Assembly: GCA_973895155.1 (NCBI GenBank)
Contig: OZ316891.1
Coordinates: 29,680,331 to 29,744,330 of the forward strand
Reading direction: 5' to 3'
DNA length: 64,000 nucleotides
DNA from: Marsupella aquatica
Taxonomy: Eukaryota > Plantae > Marchantiophyta
In this document: in pieces, positions 11,831-22,078 of the stretch
Numbering within the stretch: position 1 is the first letter of the stretch
How the letters are laid out: each line of letters opens with the position of its first letter
The notes under the pieces: generated by a model
What the model was told of the DNA's origin: nothing
The model's input: only the letters and a program-made list of their open reading frames with translations
Database searches by the model: none
Position numbers and translations under genes: made by a program

Positions 11831-14800
11831 TCAGATAGCACGTGGAGCACAGGAAGGGCAAAACCATAACCCTTCTGGCACCTGGGTAAGTTCAGGCCGA
11901 AGGCAGAAAAGATGGTACCCTCCATTGCAATTGTCACACAGCAGCATCTGGTCAGCATCATCAATTCGCAAACACACTTTGCAAGGGTAGTCCACAGGTG
12001 GAATCCAAGTAGAAGTCACAATGGTGGGATCCAGGTTAGGCAGATGACAAGGGGCGCAATTCTTGGCATTGTCAGCAATTGTGCGCCCATCTGCCCCTTG
12101 TAACTCTAGCACTCCAGACGGTCGAATAGCTTTAACCCTGAGAATAGTACGACTGGTAGAGGTGTCCAGGGTGTCGTTAGCTTACCGCTGCAAGTACACA
12201 AAATCTCCCACATCAAACTTCCTGACCTTGGGCTGAAAAGTGCCACCTCGTGTGTGTGCATAACGCAGTGTGTCCCTGTGCTGTGCAATGGTCAAATTCT
12301 CCATGGCCATGGGCATAACCCTCCTGAATAGGGCAGCCCTCTCAGAGATCACATCAGACCAAGTCACAGCTGAATCCAAGTCCACCACCTGAAGCATGTG
12401 AGCAGCAATAGTAGAAGGTGGAACTGGGTGACGATCAAACAACAAGAAGTAGGGAGAAAAGTTAGACAGTGATGCATGTCTGGACATCCTATACCATGGC
12501 AATGTAGGGTAAGGCCAGGTCCCAATCCTCCTTGTTTTTGGTGAGGCAGATCTTCCAGAGACCCTTCTTGCATGTCTGAACCATGCACTCTGCCAAGCCA
12601 ACTGCCTGTGGGTGATCTCGTGATGTCCGGCGATGATCAATGAGGGCCTGATCAAGCAGCTCCTGGAACTCTCCTCTAAACTCTGAGCCCTGGTCAGTGA
12701 GACATTATGCACAAGCTCCAAAGCGGTTGAGAACTTGTTGTAGGAATGCCTGGCTGGTGCTACGGGAGGTCTTATCCGGCAATGCCACAAGTTCTATCCA
12801 CTTGGAGAAATGCTCTATCATGATCATGATGTAGAGATTACCCCGAGATGTGAGGGGTAATTCTCCAGCCAAATCACATGACCAACGATAAAACATGCCC
12901 TGAATAGGGAGTGGATGAAGTGTGGGTTGCCGAGATGTGAAAGAAGTCCTCACCCTATCACACTGTTCACACCGGGCAATAACATCTTGAACCTGGCCAT
13001 GCATGCCTCTCCAATGATAATGAGGGACCAAGAGGCTGTAAGTCCTCTTAACGCCAAAATGACCAAGCTCAGAATGTACCTTACGGATAAGGCCAACCCT
13101 CTCATGAATGGGTGGAACCACCACTTCCCTGTCTAGCAAGCAGCGCACGAGATGATCTCCCTTCCACAAGTAGCGCTTGGACCTTTGCTAAATTCGGTCT
13201 CTCTGGGCAGCAGTAACATGTGTGGGGTACTCCCCATGCTGCAGAAATCTCAGAGTGTCGCTGTCCTCCCATATGTCCACCACAGGTTGGTCAACAACAT
13301 AGCATGGCAGCAAAGCAAGATAGGTCGATGCATGAAATGTAGGCAGGATGGAAACCTGGTCAAAATCTTGCCGTGCATCTGAGGAATCATCAGAGGTAAT
13401 CAAAGGGCAGCTGGACATAGTGTCAGCATTCTGATGTGTCACACCAGGCCTATGAATTACCTCAAAATCATACTCCTGGAGTATGAGCGCCCAACGAGCA
13501 AGCTTGCCAGTAAGCTTGTCGTTGGTCATCAACCACTTCAAGGGCTGGTGGTCGGTGTAGAGAATAAACCTGGTCCCATAGAGGTAGGGCCTATAATGTA
13601 TGACAGCCCACACAACAGCAAGGCATTCACCCTCATAAGAAGAATAATGACTCTTTGCCTGATTGTTGCTCCTGGATGCATAGGCAATGACGTACTCTTT
13701 ACCTTCCTCATCATGCTGGCCCAGAATGGCACCAATCCCAAGGGCACTCCAATCTGTGTGTAGCACAAAGACCTTGTTGAAATCAGGTCTTCTCAGCACC
13801 GGGTATTCTGAGAGCTTCTCCTTCAAAGTGGCAAATGCTGCCTCAGCATCTGTACTCCATGTCCAAGTCACATTCTTTTTCAACAAAGCATACAATGGGT
13901 GTGCAATGGTACTGAAATCTTTGATGTAGATCCGGTAGTAATTGCACAACCCAATAAAACTCCTCAAAGTGTGAACATCGGTAGGAGTGGGCATTTCCAA
14001 GATGGATACCACCTTGGCCCAGTGAGCCATGGTTCCATTTGGAAGAATGCGATGCCCAAGATATACTACTGATCTGACAGCAAATTCACACTTCTTGGGG
14101 TGTATCTTTAGGTTCACCTTCTTAAGCCTCATGAATAGCTCCTCAAGGTCAAGTAGATGCTGGTCAAATCCTTTGCTGTGGACCAACACATCATCAATGT
14201 AGCATTTCAGAAACTCAGCACCTTGCAGAACCTGGTCCATGACTCTTTGAAAGAATATGGGCGCATTCTTCAAGCCAAATGGCATCACCAACCACTCCCA
14301 TAGTTGGTTACTACCATGGAAAGCTATTTTCTTGCGATCCTTTGCAAGCAGCAAAATCTGGTTGAAGCCTTGCCTTAGATCCACAAGAGTGAAGATGTTT
14401 GAGTCTCCAATGCTGTCAAATAGCTCCTCTGGCCGCGGCATGGGGTACCTGTCCTGAGGTGTGACCAGGTTCAATGGTCTGTAGTCCCCACACATGCGCT
14501 TCTCTGTCCACAATCCACTGGAATCCTTCTTTGCTGGCATCACTGTAGCTGCCGCAAAATCTGATGTAGATGGCTGAATAAGACCAGCTTCATAAAGCTC
14601 TTGGCACCTCTCATCCACCAGCTGCCACTCATGCTTACTCAAACGGTGTCTCCGCCTAAAGATAGGTGTTTCATCAGCCAACTCAATGGAGAACTGCATA
14701 GTCTTGCACTTACCCAAGTCCTTCATAGAGAAAGCAAACACATTCTTATGCTTGAGGAGAAAATTCAGCAGCTGGTCCTTCTGTCTTTTACTCAGGTGGT

Positions 14801-17800
14801 TGCCCATGATAAATGTGTAGTTGGCAACACTAGGAATAGGACCTGATGTACTCGTGCTTGAAGAGCCAGAAGTGCCAGCCTCTCCACTGTCCAAGCTGCT
14901 AGCATGCTGCTGATAAGGTGATGAGGCCTCTCCAAGGCCTGCTGTATCTGTTGCTCTGGTCTGATCCACACCATGAAACTCAGAAATAATGTCAGCCACA
15001 TTACAAGGGACCTCCTCCCCCCCAACACTTGGACTGAAGCGGTGAGTGTTGAATAGAGGTAAGTGCACCTGGTCTGGATGCCATGTAGCAGCACTATGGA
15101 GGGGTAGGGCTGGAGCTCCTAATGCTGGAGGAATGTACATCTGAAAAAGGATGCAAGTGACCAGAAGCCAAGTGAGAGCATTGAGATCCATTACCCTGCC
15201 AAGTAAAGCATTCCTGGCCAGCCTGGTGATTTTGGTGTGACCTGTAGTACCGGGTTGGAAGCCCATAGCCCGTTCTCTCTCCTCAGGACTAGGTTCATCC
15301 CATGTACCGGTAGAATGTCGATAAACCAGCCCAGGACCATCACCCTGAAAAGCATGTGCACCTGGAAAGGACACAAATGTAGGCCAAGCAGCACGGGGTT
15401 GTCCAATGGTATTAGCTGGATACCAAGGTGCTGGCTCATGCTGTGTAACTGGTTGGCAAGAACTGTCAGGATCCAAAATCTGGTCCACTGTAAGGTTAGT
15501 GTCCCTGGATGTGTGGTGAAGAGCCATCTCCAGCAAGGAAGGTGGTGCAAGGTTAGTCCAAAAGTTACGAAGACGATGTGCATAAGAACCACAGTGCACT
15601 GCATCAATGAGAAGGGGTGGTCCCAAGTAGTGCTGGACCACACTGAAATCCTCTTTGACCTGTGGACGCTGGTCAAACTGAGATGGAGTATTCTCAATGA
15701 TATAACCAACAGCAGGATAAAGGGATTGAGCCCAGGTGAGAATCTGAACCAATGCTGTGAAAAGGCCAGAACGAGAATCATGCAGTCCAGCACCGTGACC
15801 AGCAGCTGAAAACCCTTGGCATTCCCAACCAGCTATGATCAAATCAAGGGAGCCAAGAAGGTTTAAGTGCCGGTGCTGGATAAGCTGGATATCTGGAGGA
15901 AAGAAAGAAAATGCAGACTTCCATGCACTGTGTGGAAACTGCTGAGGAAATCGCTCTGAAAATTCCAGCAGACGGGATTCAGCCACTTGCCTTGCACCTG
16001 GATCAATATCCACATAGATGTACTGCTTCACCACCATGCCAGACTGTAGGAGAGCTTCCAGGCCTGTAGAAATGCCACCAAAAAGCTCAAGCAATGTAAG
16101 GCCATCTGAAGGAGGAGTCCATGTAACTGGTGCGCTCAAGATTGGGGCTATTGGTTGTCCATGATGCTGCCCAAGGTCCTCAAATTTGTGCAATGCAGCC
16201 ACCAAAGGTCCATGGGCTGCTTGGAGCCGTTGTACCACCTCTGGTTGATGATCCACGTTGCTGGAAAGTGCTGCTACACGTGCAGCAACATGTGCAGTAG
16301 CCACCTCATCCTCATCCTCCTCAATCCAATCCTGCAATGGGTGGTTGACATAGGTAGCTGTGTGCACTGCTTTCAACACACAGTGGTGAGCCATAGGTGT
16401 ATGGGCACCATGCAAATCAAGTGGAATGTAGCCCAAGTGTGAGCCATCCGTATGCCAATCAACTCTGTAGTATGCATGCTCATGCCAATTGTCAATGGTA
16501 AAACCTGGTGGGAACAAAGCCTCCTGGCCAATGAGCACATCATACGTAGTGGCATTGGTAACCAAACATCTGACTGGGAAATGCAATTCCTGATCTGTAC
16601 CTCCATTAAAAGTGAGAGTGAGTAAAGTAGAACTCTCACCCAGCACATCCTCCATAGTGCCACTAGCAGTCCGAATGTGCCACCTGGATTACTGTAAATG
16701 ATCAGTCAACAGTCCCATCTTCTTGGCAAACTGAATGCCCAATATCACTGGTTGAGCACCTGTGTCTAGCATGACCACCTGAGGAGTGTGACCCTCCAAC
16801 TTGACTGCTGAATTCTTGTTGTCAACAATGGCAATGGTGGTGGAAACTAAAGTCCTGTCACTAGGCACCACTTTTGGCAAATGATGAGGTACCTTGTGAA
16901 GGGAGTTAGTGTCCACGGTCTTTCCACTCAACAACATAGCCAGGAAAGATGGAGCAGCATGACCAGAATCAAGTGTAGCTCTGGTCACACAATCAGCAGC
17001 AATCGGTACTAGGGCAGCCAAACCAGTGGAAACATGTAAAGGAGAAGAAAAAGGTCCAGTATGTACATGAGATTGGACCTCCAAAACCGGTGTCACAGGG
17101 GCTGATGAAGAATGCAGTGAGCCCTCTAGCGCTCTGATGACAGCTCTAGCATCCAACTGTAAATCATGGCAACTGAAAAGTGGAGTTGTAAGAATCCTTT
17201 GTGCCATACCGGAGGTGAAATGCTCAAGCAGCTCAGGAGAAACAACTCCCTGTGAAATGTCAGCAGCACCTGGTGGTGGAATGGATGTAGCTGCAACTCC
17301 CTCCCCCCTCGCCAACAAGGTGCGCTCTTCAGCAAGTGTGAGTGGCTGAAAAGATTGGGGCAGGACAGCCCGAGCGCCCCTGGCTCTAGTCAGAGGACCG
17401 GCAACAAGACCATCAGCCTGTACAATGCGGCGTGTGGGAGCAATACGGGAGGCAGCACTGGCCTGTTGGTAAGCAAAATAGGAAGGGCAGAATGAATCTG
17501 AAAATTCTGCTGTAAGGCCAGGCTGTGGAGCAGAGGACAGCACACACTCACCCATATGAGCATCAAATGGTAAGCCATAGAAAGAGCGGGGTAGAGGTGC
17601 TGAACTGTCAGCGGTGCCTGGGCCAGGGATGGGTTGCACGTGACCAGCCGGTTGAGAAGGACCAGCAGAGGCAGTGGACTTGCCTTTGATGTTGGCAAGT
17701 TGGGCACGTAAGGACTCAACCTCATGAGTCAGAGACTGGAGTTGAGTTGCCTGTGCGTTGTGAGCCTCCTTCTGAGCTGGTTGCTTCTGTGGCTGCTTGG

Positions 17801-19193
17801 GCAATTTGTTAGCACTGGGTGCTTTGCCACTGGAAGGAGGAGCAGTGGATGCAGTAGGAGCCCTCCTAGCTGGTGGGGGAGTGGAAACAGGAGCAGGATG
17901 AGTGGCCTGCTGTCGTAGCTGCTTCCTCTCGGGGAATTTGGCAAAACAGACTGCCTCCAAGTGGCCCACTTTCCCGCAAAAATCACAAGATAGGTCCTCA
18001 GCAACAATATCACATTCATTAGCCTTGTGATTAGGGTTACCACAGTAGTTGCAAGATGGCAGCATGAAAGCAGCATGTGCTGGCTTGGTCTTGGAACCAT
18101 ACTGTGGCACACGGGGAGGAGTGACCAGTGTAGGGGCAGCAGCCTGGTACCTAGATCGCGGTGGACGTGCAATACTGGCCTCATAATGTGCATGGGCCAA
18201 CTCAAGTTTATCAGCAGTGTCATAGACATTGAGCAAGGTGTAGCTGTCTCCAAACTCTGAGAATACTTGTTGCAACACTTGCGAATGGAGAGCTGGTGTG
18301 CCCTCCAATGCACGAAGATAGCGATGAGCAGCTTCCAGGTCAGTGATGCTCTGGGTGTCCTCCTTCAGCTTGAGAAGCCGGCGATACATCATCTTCAATG
18401 TTTCATCGCGCTGCCTCACAAAGGTGGCCAACTGCATGATTTTGTCAGCACTCTTGATTGGGAATTCCAATTCAAGAACCTGGAAAAACTCAGCCACTGG
18501 ATCAGCAAAGGCAGGGGAATCAATGGTGGGAGAAATGCCTGATGTAGCCTGTGCCAAGACAGTGGGAGTAACAGGCGCAGTGGTAGGAACTGGAGTAGGA
18601 GGGGAAGTGGCAGGAGCAGCAGCATGGGCTGCAATGGCATTTTGTAAGGCCAATTGTGAAGCTGCCGCAATTGCACTGGCATAGGTAGGGTTAGGCAACT
18701 GTGTGACAGCAAGCAGCCGTTGAGAGTGCTGCTCATACACATCTAAAGCCTCATGGTGCACATACCTGGCTAGCTGCTTAAATGCAAACGCATTTGTGAA
18801 ATTGCTGCCGTACTTCAACTCCAATTCGTAAACGCCAGTGTAGAAAGTGGATTTGAACTCACGTAAAGAGACAGTGCCTGGCCGCCCGCTGAAGCGCTCA
18901 ATGCGGCCAGATGAGTGGCTGGCATCCATGCTGTATGTCGGTGAAGTAGGAACAACCACTGATGCAGAAGGGGTAAATGGCAATGAAGTGATAGCAGGCT
19001 TCGGAGTAGTGGTGAAGCGACTGCCAAATGTAGCAGGAGGATTGCGTGGTGTGGGTGCTGCTGCTGTCTGTGGACGTCGTCGAAATTGATGAGACTCCAA
19101 TGAAATTGGCACCAATGGTCGTGGATCACTCCGTAAGTGGTACCGGGGTGTCGGTGGCGATGAGCTGCTACGACTCGGCTCCTCTGCTGACAT
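11831..19193 (-). pseudogene. Element 1 gag-pol polyprotein: one ancestral frame with in-frame stops at 16689, 13188, 12705 and 12182 and a frameshift near 12490
   Basis: Two CCHC knuckles (CNYCGNPNHKANEC, CDFCGKVGHLEAVC); protease LDTGAQ; RT RMCGDYRPLN...MPFGLKNAP...YIDD; RNase H LHTDWS...YEGECLA; integrase HxxxGH...CxxC, WSCD, LTDQG, GLAE; PHD CKVC...LLCDNCNGGYHLFC...WFCPSC. Confidence 0.9.
15160..16100 (-). CDS. C5 cytosine DNA methyltransferase domain (DNMT3-like) in frame between protease and RT of element 1
   Basis: Motif I LELFGG, II YVDID, IV AGWECQGFS, VI IENT, VIII AHRLRNFWTN, IX ERERAMGF, X LLGRVM. No stop within the domain. Confidence 0.9.
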
Positions 19194-19615
19194 GCTGCAT
19201 GCTCACCCGGGGTGCCTAAATCGAAAATGTCCCCCTTCCCGGTGGTACGAGGTGCTGAGGGGAAAGAAACTGACAAGAAAAATGGGTGCTAGCCCCAAGG
19301 CTAGGAAATAAAACCCACAAAGGAAACAACCGTGCGAGGCAGAAATGTGTAGACTGGCCCTGCCGAAAATATACTCACAAAAAAAATGAACAGAAAGAAA
19401 ACAAGAGGAAACGGCGAAAAGGGGCCTCCATTATGTGTATAGATAGGGGTCTGTGTATACACATAACATGTGTATACATCGTCGGGCTCCCTGGAAGAAA
19501 AAGAGGCCGGAAAGAAGCAGGTGTACGCACACTCGGGAGGCACGGTACCCTATGCTGCAGGGCGAGGCGAGGCGAGGCTGAGCGAGGTGACAACTTAATG
19601 GCTCGGGCCCTGCAT

Positions 19616-19956
19616 AGGGCTTCGTGCCCCACTATGAGCTCCCCCTATCCCCCTTTTGGGCCTTGTGCCCTGGCAGCGAGTGACTCCCGAGAGAGGAGTC
19701 GCGAGTACTCCCCCCCTCTTTAAAGCTGAATTAAGGGCTTCGTGCCCTGCAGGAGAACTCCCATGTGAGGGAGTTCGAATTGAACTCCCCTCCTCCTTGC
19801 ACACTCGCTCCCCCTCCTTCCTGCTTTGGCTTGTACTTGGCTCCCCCTGCCCCTGCTTTAATGTTGCTTAGGGCCTCGTGCCCTCTCCTGCGCTCCTGCC
19901 TCCTGCCCTGATTCCCCCTATCCCTGCTTTAATTACTCCATAGGGCCTCGTGCCCT
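19616..19956 (-). repeat. Five repeated stem-loop motifs (A)GGGC-ACGAR-GCCC(T) in the element 1 leader
   Basis: + strand copies at about 19616, 19658, 19734, 19870 and 19942 (gggc[ct]t[ct]gtgccc). Confidence 0.75.
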
Positions 19957-20455
19957 CCGTCCCCCCTCGCTTGCTTGTGGCAGGGCGACGAAAAGGAAGG
20001 GAGTCGATCCCCCTCCCCTTGTGGCAGAAAAGAAAGGAAGAAAAGGGGCGTTGCGAGGGGGAGAAATGGGCGCGCGGCCCTATGCACTTGGGAGGTAATC
20101 GCGGGGTGGCCGAGGCTGCCAGGAGGTGGTCGCACGATGGTCGAGGCAGCCGGGAAGTAGTCGCGCGACGGCCGGCAAACACCGAAAGAAAAATGGCCCA
20201 AATAAGCACCGAAAAATGCCGAAAGTGGTGGATGAGTCGTGCAGTCAGCAGTCGGCAGCCATAGTCGAGTTGCGGCCGACAAGAAATATCCGGGCCCCTT
20301 GTTATGTGTATACACTTAAGTATACACATAACATCACAATAAACCCATAACTTTTAACTCGTCACTCCGATGTCCGTCGAAGAAATTGCAATGGCTTCAC
20401 CAGAAATTGTCAAAATCGTCACGAGCAATCTTCTTCCCGTCACCGCTAACTCGAG

Positions 20456-20469
20456 AGTTCTTCTTGAAT
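20456..20469 (-). promoter_or_regulatory. Candidate self-priming primer-binding site of element 1
   Basis: agttcttcttgaat (20456-20469) is the exact reverse complement of attcaagaagaact (20615-20628) inside repeat B. It abuts the inner end of B; no tRNA-type TGG PBS is seen. Confidence 0.75.
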
Positions 20470-20829
20470 AAAAGGCGTGATAGAAACAAACGTACTGAAA
20501 TCGAATCGAAAACCGGCGAGATGCCAAGATCGGCCGGGAGCATCTAACGAATCACTGTGTGAATTCCGTGTACGGAACCGACGAGCAGCCTCTGAAAAAC
20601 TCTGTCTCACAGCGATTCAAGAAGAACTGAAGAACGGCAAAGAAAAACATGCCCTAAGTAGGACCGGGTCCAGGCGTCACACTAACAAACCCCTTTTGCT
20701 TCAAGAACAGCCCAGACTCGCTACAAGAACATGACACTAACTCAAGTAGTACATTAGCCCTAACCATACCTAGCGGGCATGCGAGGGACATGCCGATGTG
20801 CACAAGCGGCACTGTCCCTCGGCATGACA
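20468..20829. repeat. Element 1 repeat B, copy 2 (5' end of the element on the sense strand)
   Basis: Direct repeat of 11249-11610; ends CATGACA followed by the TSD. Confidence 0.95.
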
Positions 20830-21002
20830 TGTTGGACATCCTTACCTATATCAGCCTTTAACTCTTAGAACCTCTCAAAACCCTTTAATTTATATTCTCT
20901 TTGGACCCATCCAATCCAAAGCTCTGTGAAATACACCCACTTGCAGTGTGACTCACTCAAGGCATTGTACAGTGGGCCCAAATACACCTCTCATGCAATC
21001 TA

Positions 21003-21190
21003 GACAGTATAATATCCAATCCTGTTTTAACTTTCTTTCTCCGGTCTTATAAACAGTATAATATCCAACCCTCTTTTGACTTTCTTTCTCATAGTCTTCT
21101 GAACAGTCTAATATCCAATCCTCTTTTAACTTTTTTCATGGTCTTCTAACCAGTATCATATCCAATCCTGTTTGAACTTTCTTTCTCATG
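21003..21190. repeat. Degenerate tandem repeat, about 50-bp unit, four copies
   Basis: acagtataatatccaatcct...ttttaactttctttctc recurs. Confidence 0.7.
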
Positions 21191-22078
21191 ATCTGGTTAC
21201 AAAGTGTCATTCTGGTGGGCCATTTGATTATGATAACATTTTTCCTAATCATGAGATGAACCCAAAAGGGCAACTATGCACCTTTTGCACACCCAACCAT
21301 GTCATTCTCCCCACAGTTTGCACACATTGAATCTAGTTGCCAGTGCAACCGCCCACAGCGTCGAAATACCTGGCCATCTCACTTATAAACACTACTGCAT
21401 AAGGCATCGGCATTGGTAGTCCCTAATATCATAATAGTAGGATGCAATTTTTTGAAAGGCTGTCAGGCTGCATTTGCCAATTGCAGCCAAGCTAGTGGGG
21501 AACCCAGGGAAATGAGAAGACCACCGGGATGACGTGTCCATAAGGTTGCTAAAGATATTTCAGCTTGTCGATGGAATTTCAGATGTTCAGACCCAAGTCT
21601 TCGGGTCCAACGAAACATGTAAATAACCGAAAGAGACTCTGCAAGAGCTAGGTGTCCTATCTAACCTCGAAGTCAAATAGCTCACAGAAATACTAGACAT
21701 AATCCATATGTAAAACATTCGAAGAAACCACGTCGCTCAAGTACCCATTTCGGGCATATAAATGGAATCCCAATAGTAGGTGATCTACGTAATTAGTGTA
21801 ACTTGCTTTCACACGAGGCCCACAACATAAGCAACACAGTTACATATCTCAGATCGAGATCAAAACATTTGGAATGTGTACTTAAGCATATTTGGGGCTC
21901 GCAATGCTTTCAGGGTCAGTTTAGAAGGGCTCGCGGAAAATATACTTAATAAGGATATCCTATCAAATCTCCTGGTGTCCATGACAAGCTCTGTCTGTCA
22001 TTTATATACTAGTTTGCAGGGCCTTTTCTGTAGATGCCAAAACAATCCTCCTTAGATGCCATTACAGTAGACCCAACC

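Larger units (their letters stand above)
11072..20829 (-). mobile_element. Element 1: Ty3/Gypsy-type retrotransposon with C5-DNA methyltransferase and PHD finger, split-LTR ends, 4-bp TSD (TGTT)
   Basis: tgtt|TGTCGTGACA at 11068-11081 and CATGACA|tgtt at 20823-20833. Domain order on the minus strand: gag-PR-DNMT-RT-RH-IN-PHD. Confidence 0.9.

Noticed and set aside
16655-16691. Programmed gag-pol readthrough at the TAA at 16689-16691
   Set aside because: The stop falls inside the protease domain and element 2 is open at the equivalent position, so it is more likely a nonsense mutation.
11249-20829. Treating the two B copies as ordinary paired LTRs
   Set aside because: B copy 1 does not start with TG, has no TSD at its outer edge and is not adjacent to the PPT. 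The TSD flanks 11072 and 20829, and the PPT abuts A.
11072-20829. DIRS/Ngaro/PAT tyrosine-recombinase element
   Set aside because: The repeat layout matches, but no recombinase ORF is visible. A protease, an HHCC-DDE integrase, TG...CA ends and a 4-bp TSD are present, and the MTase is C5-type rather than the adenine type of DIRS.
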